Shown in pieces: positions 11,080-20,300 of a stretch of 64,000 nucleotides of DNA; the first letter of the stretch is position 1, and every line of letters begins with the position of its first letter. Under the pieces are notes generated by a model. It saw only the letters and a list, made by a program, of their open reading frames with translations, made no database searches and was not told the origin of the DNA. Source of the stretch: a virus; the IMG/VR virus record IMGVR_UViG_3300047554_000255, positions 47,221-111,220 of that record; one strand, 5' to 3'. The position numbers and the translations under genes are program-made.

Positions 11080-14000
11080 TTACTGGTTATTTAATAAATC
11101 TCCTAATGTAACATTACTTTGTTGCTTTGGTGCAGCAGCAATTCTAAAATCTCTTAACCGCTTGTAGTTTTCTATTTTTTGCTTTTGAATATACTGATAC
11201 AACTCTTCAGGAGCCATTTGAGCATATGATATGTTTTGCCAACTACCCTCAACAAACTCATTCTCCCCAGCAATAATTGTTTTACCATCTGGACCAACTT
11301 CCTGTCTTAAGTTTTTTTGATCTATCTTAATCATTACACCATCTCCAGTTGAGTTTTGTTTAAGGATGTATTTAAAACCACCTACTTCATCCATTTGATT
11401 GCTCTTTAGAATCTCACCTTGAGTAAGAACCTTTGAGATATAACCAGCTTCTTGAACAGATGGTGCATTCTTTAACTTAATACCATTAGCAAGGTTTACT
11501 TCAATACCTAAGCGACCAATAGCAGCAATCGACTTTTCATCTAATATACCACTACCTGACTTACTCTCTTCTTTTAAAAGCTCTTGCTTATACCCAATGA
11601 TTACAGAAGGATTACCGTTTTTACCTATTGTTGTATAATCAACACGACCTAATGCATTACCACCATCTCTTGCTGTTGTATTAAAGAAGGTGATAACTTT
11701 TTCTCTATCAGCACCAAGTTGTACTAAAGCATCAATGTTAGCAACACCGCCATTACCATCAGCTTGTTCAAAGTTACTACCAGCTAAAGCTTCAGTAACT
11801 AATAACTGACCCTTATCTAAAGTATCACGCTTACCATCTGATGTATAAGTAGTAACCATACCTACTTTACCTAATCTATCAATATAGTATTTAGCGTTCG
11901 GTACAATCTCAGACTGAACAGATTTATACAAGGGAGCTAGTTTTGCAAAGTCATAATCATCTTTAAACTTTGAAATATAACCGCTAACATTATACTCCTC
12001 ACCAGTACTTTTTGATACTACATACTGTCTTCCAGAATGATAGTTTCCTGCTTTATCAGACCATGGTATATCATATTTAACAACACCATCACCTGAATAT
12101 AGCATAGATACTAGATCTTTAGTTGATATCTCCTTAGAACTAATACTATATTTTTTACTTGCAATAGATGTAAGTGTGGAAGGATCTAATACTTTATAAT
12201 TACCAGGAGTTCCTGTTCTAATAGGAGCATACTTATCATTAGCAAGAGCCTTATTAACTAAATCTTTTTGCTCTTTACTCTGTAAGCCCCATTCATTTAT
12301 AGCATCTCTTGATTGCTCTAACTCATTATATATATCTAACTCGTTATCAGTAGCTTTACCACTCTTGTACTTCTCACTATACTTATTATACATCCAAGAT
12401 GTAATTGCATTAACTACACGAGTTGGTCCAGAAGCATAGTCATACTTAGCATCAGCAGGTATAATACCTTTTTCTTTTAGCTTTGTAAAAACCTCATCTT
12501 TGTATTTAGTTTTTGCAGAAGCAGGAGTAACACCATCAGCTGCACGTAATGACTTAACAAAATCAGTAGGTAATATACCTTGTAAATCTGCGTCTTTCTC
12601 TATAGCACTAAAGATACTGTTATATGCTGAGTAACGCTGCTTTGTAACATTATCAACATATACTTCATAAGCATTAGCTTTTGTGATCTGAGCTTGAGTA
12701 TTGATACCAGTAACCATTGGTGTATCAAACTGAGTCTTTCCTTTTCCTTCTGGAGTAGTATCTTGACCGTTTAATGTAGCATTATTACTACCACCTCCAA
12801 AACTAATCTGTGGACTACCATCAGGACCAACACCAAGAATAGCTTTACCTGTCCCACTAAAAGGATATTCTCCTCTTGCAACAGCTTTTGTAAACTCAAA
12901 CTGTGCTTTCTTAAGATCAAGATCTTCAAGCTTTACTCTTAAATCATCAGTTGCAAAAAAAGCATCGTTCTTCTTAACATCTTGTTTAATATTAGAAGCT
13001 AATGCATTTGCTATATCGTTAATCTTCTTCATCTTACCATACTGGGTAAAATAAACAGGACCGTTTGCTGTAACACCTCTAAGATTAGAATCGTAGTTTT
13101 TATCAATATCTGTTAAACGTTCATCATAATCTGAGATCTGTTTGCCATATTGTTTTTTAGCTTCTTCTAGTTCCCTATACTTCTGCATTAAAGCTGCAGA
13201 GTTATTCGGAGTTACTTTAGTTTTCTTAAGCTCTTCTAACTGTGAATCAATACCAGCAATGTTTGCGGTAAGTTCTACTTTACCACTCTCATAAGTCTTT
13301 CTTGTATCTGCAAGATAATCTTTACCGATCATCTGTTTTGCTTCTATCTCAGATACTCCAAACTGATTCATCTTCTCTTTTACAGAACGCTCATGAGCAA
13401 CTGTCATCTCCATTCGTAGATAGTCATCATACTCTGGCTTCCAGTTAGCTTGCATAAAGTTCTTGTAAGATTGTAATGACTTAACACCATTTGTTGTGGT
13501 TACAATCTGTGGACCAGATGCATCAACTGTTTGTATTTCAAATCCATACTCCTTACGTAGTTTTTCCATATCCCCAGCAATATTCTGAGCTCTAATAAAA
13601 CGACGCTGTTGTACTTTTGCAAAGTCTTCTTCAGTTCTATTTGCTGTACGTAAAGGATCTAAACCGTTCTGAATATACTGAATAGCAGTATCACTATACG
13701 TAGCTCTAATCTTTTCGTCTGTTGAATCTCTTGCAGCAAATGCTTTACTTATTTCAGACTGAGCTTGTTTAGTATAAGCCATGTCTTTTAACATAAACTT
13801 ATCTTGCCAGAATGGAGCAAATACAGACTGAGCCTCATCAACGTTTCTACCTTCAGATAAATCCATACTAGATATATCTTTAAGACGTTGCTGTGCTTGC
13901 TGTAAGTATTGAGTTCTTAAGACTTCGTTATTCTGATTAGTTAATGGAGCATTGACAATAGAATCGTTTGCAGCTTTTATTTGATTAAAGCCTTGCTCAT

Positions 14001-14112
14001 ACATAGCTGACCTCCGTTGTAACAACGTGCCTATTGCTCCAAAGTCTGGAGTAAATAAAGGAAGAGGAGCTATTGCGTTATTCCCTGAAGGATATGGATT
14101 TACTGATGCCAT
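11080..14112 (-). CDS. Virion cargo/ejection protein (1010 aa)
   Basis: N-terminus (FTPDF...YEQGF...DLS...NVDEAQSVFAPF) and coiled-coil content resemble crAss-like cargo proteins. Lies between muzzle and RNAP genes. Confidence 0.6.
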   Translation of the reverse strand: MASVNPYPSGNNAIAPLPLFTPDFGAIGTLLQRRSAMYEQGFNQIKAANDSIVNAPLTNQNNEVLRTQYLQQAQQRLKDISSMDLSEGRNVDEAQSVFAPFWQDKFMLKDMAYTKQAQSEISKAFAARDSTDEKIRATYSDTAIQYIQNGLDPLRTANRTEEDFAKVQQRRFIRAQNIAGDMEKLRKEYGFEIQTVDASGPQIVTTTNGVKSLQSYKNFMQANWKPEYDDYLRMEMTVAHERSVKEKMNQFGVSEIEAKQMIGKDYLADTRKTYESGKVELTANIAGIDSQLEELKKTKVTPNNSAALMQKYRELEEAKKQYGKQISDYDERLTDIDKNYDSNLRGVTANGPVYFTQYGKMKKINDIANALASNIKQDVKKNDAFFATDDLRVKLEDLDLKKAQFEFTKAVARGEYPFSGTGKAILGVGPDGSPQISFGGGSNNATLNGQDTTPEGKGKTQFDTPMVTGINTQAQITKANAYEVYVDNVTKQRYSAYNSIFSAIEKDADLQGILPTDFVKSLRAADGVTPASAKTKYKDEVFTKLKEKGIIPADAKYDYASGPTRVVNAITSWMYNKYSEKYKSGKATDNELDIYNELEQSRDAINEWGLQSKEQKDLVNKALANDKYAPIRTGTPGNYKVLDPSTLTSIASKKYSISSKEISTKDLVSMLYSGDGVVKYDIPWSDKAGNYHSGRQYVVSKSTGEEYNVSGYISKFKDDYDFAKLAPLYKSVQSEIVPNAKYYIDRLGKVGMVTTYTSDGKRDTLDKGQLLVTEALAGSNFEQADGNGGVANIDALVQLGADREKVITFFNTTARDGGNALGRVDYTTIGKNGNPSVIIGYKQELLKEESKSGSGILDEKSIAAIGRLGIEVNLANGIKLKNAPSVQEAGYISKVLTQGEILKSNQMDEVGGFKYILKQNSTGDGVMIKIDQKNLRQEVGPDGKTIIAGENEFVEGSWQNISYAQMAPEELYQYIQKQKIENYKRLRDFRIAAAPKQQSNVTLGDLLNNQ

Positions 14113-14114
14113 AG

Positions 14115-14130
14115 TACATTAATAATATAC
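14115..14130 (-). promoter_or_regulatory. Conserved late-promoter-like motif copy
   Basis: GTATATTATTAATGTA, 2 nt before the ATG of the 1010-aa gene. Confidence 0.55.
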
Positions 14131-14168
14131 ACAAAAATATGTTAAGTTTAAACTTAAACTTATTGGGT

Positions 14169-17100
14169 TTAACGTTGCCCGAACATTGCTAAGAATGGAT
14201 TAACAGCACCCATCATACTTGCTACTTGCTTGTCTGGATACCCATCGTAGTTACTATCTGTTGTAGTTCTAGTTGATTTACCAGATAACTGTGATTCTGC
14301 CCACTTCTCAGCCATTGCTTGAGGCATACCTAATGTTTTAGTTGCATAAGCTAACAAATCAGGATATGTATTCATACCTGCAGCAGAACTACCAGTTGTT
14401 GAGTTAAAAGGATTCTTACCACCTTTAAATGTAGATCTACCAGTAATAGGATCCATTGCAAAGTATGGATTAGATCTATTAACCATATCAAGCATAGCTC
14501 TATTCATAAATGCATTCTGATATGCAGCTAATGTTTGCTTATCAGCAGCATCTCTCATTGAGAAGTTCTCTAAGTTATACTTATTAACCATCTCACCTAA
14601 CATATTAGCAGCTTGTGCTCTTTGTGCTAAGTTTTGATTCTCAAGGGCAGTGTTTGTAGCATTAACTTGATTAGCAATACCAACGTTCTGCATGTTTGTT
14701 GCAGCACCAATATTTGATATAGCTTCTAGTTGCTTACCTGCTATTTGACTAGCTCCTGCAAGATTAGCTTGTGGTCTACCAAATGTACGTAAGCCTTGGT
14801 TCTGCATGTTTGCTTGTTCAGCAACTGCAGCATACTGTCTTGTAGGATCAGCAAATGCAGCTTCTTGTTTTACATAATCAGGAGCTTGAACAAACGGAGT
14901 CATTGTTGGAACACCAGCTCTTGTAAATAAAGATTGTAGCATTGCTAACTTATCTGGTGTCATATAAGAAAATCTATCAGCAGATTGCTTTTTAGCTACT
15001 TGTTTTACTGAAGCTTGCTTAGCTGCTACTGGTGCTGTTTCTTCAGGTCCCATTTGAGCTTCGTCATCACCTGTCCAATAAGATACAGGTTTTGTTTGTC
15101 CAATAACTGGTTGTTGAATATTAACTGGAAGACCTGGCTTCTTTAAAGGAAGCTTATTATAAGGAGTTAATGAAGGAGTACTATACGTTAACTCACCAAA
15201 CTTATCATCTGTAGCAAGAGGAGAAAGACCCGCTGCTATCAACTGTGGATTAACATACTCTTGGAAAGCTCTTGTAGCACCAGGTATTCTTGGATCCCAT
15301 GTTGGAGCGTTTTGGAAGAACTCTGGGAATCTTTGCTTAAAGTCTGCTTGATGTGCAGCATCCCACCAGTTCTCTTCTCCGTATACACCAGCTTTAGTTT
15401 TTGATTGCATTACAGGAACTGATCCTGGAGTACGTGCGTTCAACGGCATGCCAACATTATAGTTTGGCATCAATGAACTAAGAGTAGCTTGATCTTGTGG
15501 AGAATAAACTGGAACTCTCTGTACTTGACCTGCTGTTTGATATTCAACAAGACCACCATCTTCTTTTGCAAAGTTTCTAGCAAAGTTAGCTTTCTTAACC
15601 ATCTCTGGTGAATACTCATCTTTATTTGCTAAGATGTGTGCAGCAGCTTCTTGAGTGCTCATACCCATGCGTGTAGCTTGAGCTTTGAATGTACCTTTCT
15701 TTGATGGATCTAAATGAATACCACCATAAGCCATATTAGATGTAATCTTTTCTTGAACGTAATCTGGTAAAGCTTTGAAGCCTGGATTATTAATACCACC
15801 TTCTTGATACCATGCATTACCTGAGAATGTTGAACCACCACGCTTTTGATACTCCATAGCTTCAGGTGATTGTTCCATACCTTGCGGTTCTTGCATTCCT
15901 TGTAACTGTTCTGCAATCTCTGGAGGTAAAGCCATCATAGCAGCTTGAGGGATACCTTGAGGGAACCCTTTCTTTGCTTCTTGAGCTAACGCTAACTGGG
16001 CAAGCTTTAACTTGTTGTTGTTCATCATCATCTCAGCAGTACGTTTCTGATACTGATCTGCATTTGGATCTGCTAAGATAGCTTTATATTTGTTTATTTC
16101 ATACTGTTTAGCTAAATCAGCAGGAGTATATCCTTTGCTTGAACCAACAGATTTACCAAACTGAGCTAAAGCTTGACCTTTTAACTTCATGCTTTTTGTA
16201 TCAGAATAGATAAATGTACCTGGTTGTAAGTTTAATGGAGTACCACCTTGCGAGTGACGCTTACCGCCAATCTTTGAGTGTTCCATCTCACCATCGTTAT
16301 CTAAGTCACCATACGCAGTTTCACCACGTTCAGCTTCTAAGTTTGCCATATCTCTTGGTACAGCTTGTAAGGTATCTTTAACAACATATGGATCTGGTTG
16401 ACCCATCTCATTATCAATAACACGAGAACCAAGATCTAAACCAAGACCAGATTGTCCACCGTAAGCCATCATCTCACCGCCTTCTTCTCTACCAAAGATA
16501 TTCTGTGGCATATAGAAAGGACGCTTTGAATCCCAACCATCACCCATCTGATCACCAGGTATTCTGTTACGAGTCCAGTTTGGCATATTAGTAACTACAG
16601 GTGTTTGCTTCTTACCTTTTTTTGCAGGTAAGTTTGGATAAAATACAGGACCTTGGATTATTGATTCCCAAACAGATGGAGCATCATCCCAACCATCTCC
16701 ATAGTTTGCAGCACCAACAAAAGGTTGTGGGATATATCTAATACCGCTTGCAGGAAGTGGTCCTTGATCTTCCCAAGAATTATCAGGTGCTGCTGGTAAC
16801 GTAGAACGTTTGCTTTTTTTGACTGGTGCTTTACCCCAGCTATCATCATTATTAGTAGCAGGTGCAATATTACCAGGAGCTCCAAAAGGTTGAGGTATAT
16901 ATCTCATACCACTAGCAGGAGAAGGCATTGGTGTATTCCAAGAAGGATCTGTTGCTGTTGGCAAGCCAGATCTTTTATTTTTGGATTGAGGAGCTGCTTG
17001 TTCTTTTAATAAAGAAGATAAGTCTTTTTGATTTTTAAGCATCTCAAGCATCTGAAGATTTTGCTCTGCCGTACCCTTATAGTTTTTAATCCCAAGGTTC

Positions 17101-17315
17101 TGAGCTATCTTCTTGCGAGATTGGTAGTCAGCATTAGCTGCTTGACCATGAGCCGCTAAATAGTCATACACCGAAGGATTAGCTATTGCTTTTGGATATG
17201 CAGATTCAATACCTGCTGCTTGAGCCAATAGCTCTTCTTGAGTAAACATCGGCTGACCACCAGCTTGATACTGACGTGGCTGATTAAGCGTAACTCTTAC
17301 TTTATACTTCTTCAT
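14169..17315 (-). CDS. Modular cargo protein (1048 aa) with xxxGG linkers, a DUF3597-like module and an EAERGE...HSQGG domain
   Basis: ORF track. Contains the module SVYDYL...SRKKIAQNLGIKNYKGTAEQNLQML and linkers YQAGG, REEGG, MAYGG (x2), QKRGG, YQEGG, KEDGG. C-terminus is Gln/Asn/Ala-rich. Confidence 0.6.
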   Translation of the reverse strand: MKKYKVRVTLNQPRQYQAGGQPMFTQEELLAQAAGIESAYPKAIANPSVYDYLAAHGQAANADYQSRKKIAQNLGIKNYKGTAEQNLQMLEMLKNQKDLSSLLKEQAAPQSKNKRSGLPTATDPSWNTPMPSPASGMRYIPQPFGAPGNIAPATNNDDSWGKAPVKKSKRSTLPAAPDNSWEDQGPLPASGIRYIPQPFVGAANYGDGWDDAPSVWESIIQGPVFYPNLPAKKGKKQTPVVTNMPNWTRNRIPGDQMGDGWDSKRPFYMPQNIFGREEGGEMMAYGGQSGLGLDLGSRVIDNEMGQPDPYVVKDTLQAVPRDMANLEAERGETAYGDLDNDGEMEHSKIGGKRHSQGGTPLNLQPGTFIYSDTKSMKLKGQALAQFGKSVGSSKGYTPADLAKQYEINKYKAILADPNADQYQKRTAEMMMNNNKLKLAQLALAQEAKKGFPQGIPQAAMMALPPEIAEQLQGMQEPQGMEQSPEAMEYQKRGGSTFSGNAWYQEGGINNPGFKALPDYVQEKITSNMAYGGIHLDPSKKGTFKAQATRMGMSTQEAAAHILANKDEYSPEMVKKANFARNFAKEDGGLVEYQTAGQVQRVPVYSPQDQATLSSLMPNYNVGMPLNARTPGSVPVMQSKTKAGVYGEENWWDAAHQADFKQRFPEFFQNAPTWDPRIPGATRAFQEYVNPQLIAAGLSPLATDDKFGELTYSTPSLTPYNKLPLKKPGLPVNIQQPVIGQTKPVSYWTGDDEAQMGPEETAPVAAKQASVKQVAKKQSADRFSYMTPDKLAMLQSLFTRAGVPTMTPFVQAPDYVKQEAAFADPTRQYAAVAEQANMQNQGLRTFGRPQANLAGASQIAGKQLEAISNIGAATNMQNVGIANQVNATNTALENQNLAQRAQAANMLGEMVNKYNLENFSMRDAADKQTLAAYQNAFMNRAMLDMVNRSNPYFAMDPITGRSTFKGGKNPFNSTTGSSAAGMNTYPDLLAYATKTLGMPQAMAEKWAESQLSGKSTRTTTDSNYDGYPDKQVASMMGAVNPFLAMFGQR

Positions 17316-17327
17316 AATAATATAGTA

Positions 17328-17344
17328 TCTACTCTATAATTTAC
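17328..17344 (-). promoter_or_regulatory. Conserved late-promoter-like motif copy
   Basis: GTAAATTATAGAGTAGA upstream of the 1048-aa gene. Confidence 0.55.
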
Positions 17345-17382
17345 TAAAATATTGCTAGTTTAACAAGCTAAACTTCAAGGGT

Positions 17383-20300
17383 TTAACAGAACTCTACTTT
17401 ACCACCCATAGCTTTAATCTGCTGTATCTCTTCCATAGTAAGTTCCATCTCACCGCCAAACTGTGATTTACTAAGTGCTTTCTTATAACTGTTTAGGTTC
17501 TTATTAAAGTTTTGACCCCATGTCATTCTATTACCATAGTCTGCTCTTGGGATTTGATTCATTACAGTCATATCTCCTTTTGCTGCTCTTGAAGCAAACT
17601 CAGGATAGTACCATGCACCTAAAGCGTAGACACCATAGTTCTTAATATGATCAACAGCAAGTGATCTAGCAGCTTGATACTCAACTTGTGGATCTTTATC
17701 AAAGGCTGCTTTAAACGCATTAAACGTTGGGAAGGCATCATTAAACTGATCTTTCTTGTAAATCTGCTTAAGAGTACCATCAGTGATTTGGAATGTACCT
17801 GAAGCACTAGCTCTCTTACCACCATCTCCAATAAGTTTAGTACGCATACCAACTTTTGATTGTCCTTTCTTTGAACCAGATTCTGTACCAGCAATAGCTT
17901 CAAGCATCTTATCTGGATCTAATTCTAAACCAGCAACATCAGCAGCAGGTGTTACGTTATATGATTCAGGACTTGCAGGTGTTGCCACTTCAGGGGATTT
18001 TGTTGCTGGCATATCAAAAGCAGCATAGTTTAAATCTGGTGTAAGATTAGGAACCATTGTTGGTGCCATACCTAAAGCAACATCAAGACTTGTTAAACCA
18101 CCATCAGCAAAGAAACCAGGAACACTCATTTGATCTGGTTTGTATAAACCATATGAGCTTGGTCCTTGAGAGTAATCTCCACGATTCATTATTGAATCAT
18201 ACTGTTGATTCCATGTAGCATTCTGAGAACGTAACATCTGACGGTTTGCTTCTTCTCTTTTTGCTTGTGCATTAAGATTAGCTCCACCAATAAATGTGTT
18301 AAGTGCAAAGAAAGGATTAAGCATAGGATTAGACTTCTGCTGTTTTTTTTGATCAGTTGTTGTAGCAGTAGCTGCTGTATTCTCTTTTAATATCTTACTC
18401 TTCATCTGACCTGCAATACCTGCCCCTTCTTGAGATACTGCATCATATACACCAAATGGATTTGTATCAGATGGCATTTGTGCTTGAGCATCAGCTGCTT
18501 CTTGTGCTGGATTAAGATTAGGGAAGAATGGGTTTTGTTTACCAACTTGTGCTTTTAATAAACCACCTTTCTTTTTATAAGCTAAGCGTTGTACCATCTC
18601 GTTATAAGCAGTACCACCTTGTTGCTTTATAAACTTAGCTTTGAAGTCATTAAACGCATCTGCTACAGAACCAGTAACACTATTAAAAGTACTAGCTGCT
18701 CTATCCATAAGACCAGGCTCACCCATTGCATTAACAACGTTATACTTTGATATACCAGGTAAAGCAATACCATCTTTTGGATCATCAATAACATAGAATG
18801 CAGGATGATCTTTACTTGATGCTGTACCATGATACATCATACCGTCGCCAAAATAACCAATATGTTCATGACCAGCATTATTGCCAGCATACAGCATGCG
18901 GTTAGCATAGTCTCTACTATCATTAGCTTCAGCCGTAGTTTTAGCCATCTTACCATCAAAGTTATCTTTACGATTAAGACCAACTAATACACCAGATAGT
19001 TGTTTAACTTCTTCTGGAAACCCATAACTTCTTGGATTATGTAACGGTTTACCTGCCTCTAGTTCTTCTTTATACCCTGGGTTAACGTATAGTTCAGGAA
19101 TGTTACCTCTATATCCCCAAGCATTATTTCTACCAAAGTCATATCCTTTTGCATCGCCAATCTGTCTTGCAATATCAGCACATCCTTTCGCGGTACAAAC
19201 AAACTTAGAACCAGGATACATCTTGTTTAGCTCTTCAGCTTTTGCAATACCTTCAGCATCTAATGCGTTATAACCATACTCTGATAGATCAATGTATCCT
19301 TTCTTTGGTTTAATAACTTGACCAGCTGTTTGATACTTCTGCATGCCACCATACTTTAACTCTGACATCTCTAAGAACTTCTGTTGATTGTAAGCTACGT
19401 CATCACGTCTAAAATCAGACATCATCTGCTTAGCAATCTCAGCACGGTTTTGTGGATCTCTTACTTGTGATAAGATATCAGCAATACCTTCTACCATCTC
19501 GCGTTCATTACGTGTCTGACCACCTTCAGCAAATGGTAAAAACTTATTACCTGGTAGTTGCTGTATTGCTTGATAAGCATCTGAGCCTCTACCAGCTGTT
19601 CCAATAGCATCAATAGTTTTTGAAAGAGTTGCATTCTTTGGTAAAGCATTATATAATACTTTATCTAAGCCTTTATATTTTTTAAGATGAATACCCGCTT
19701 TAGTTAACTTTCCTAGTTTTCCTAATAAAGGTAAAGCTCCAGCTATTTCAATACCTGTTTCATACCACTTAGAGTTTGGATCTACTGCGGAACGATATAC
19801 ATCATCCCAAGAAGTAATTCCTGTTGGGTCAAATACCTCTGCAATATTTTCAAGAGTAGAATCAGTCTGACCTCCATCTTGCCAAGTAGCTCTAGCAAAA
19901 GCTCTGAAGTAAGGATTAGCATCTAAGTTCTTTTTATGACGTGCATAGAAAGCTGCTTTACGTTCTGGATCTTTTGGATGTTGTCCTAACTTAGAATCAC
20001 CAAAGTATTTAACTGTACCATCTGGACCAGTTACTTTGTGTGTCTTACCTTTTCTATCAGAGCTTCTTGTAACAGTATAACCACCGCTACCAAACTCAGG
20101 CATATATCCACCAAAGCTCATCTCTGATAATATCTTATGTTGAACATAGTCAGGCAGTGCTTGAAAACCAGGATTGTTTGTACCACCCTGACCCATAACT
20201 TCCATACCATATTGACCTTTTCTCCAGCCTCCACCATGTGACTTATACCACTTAGCAGCAAATCCATTAGCATAAGCAGATGGATATACATCATACTTAG

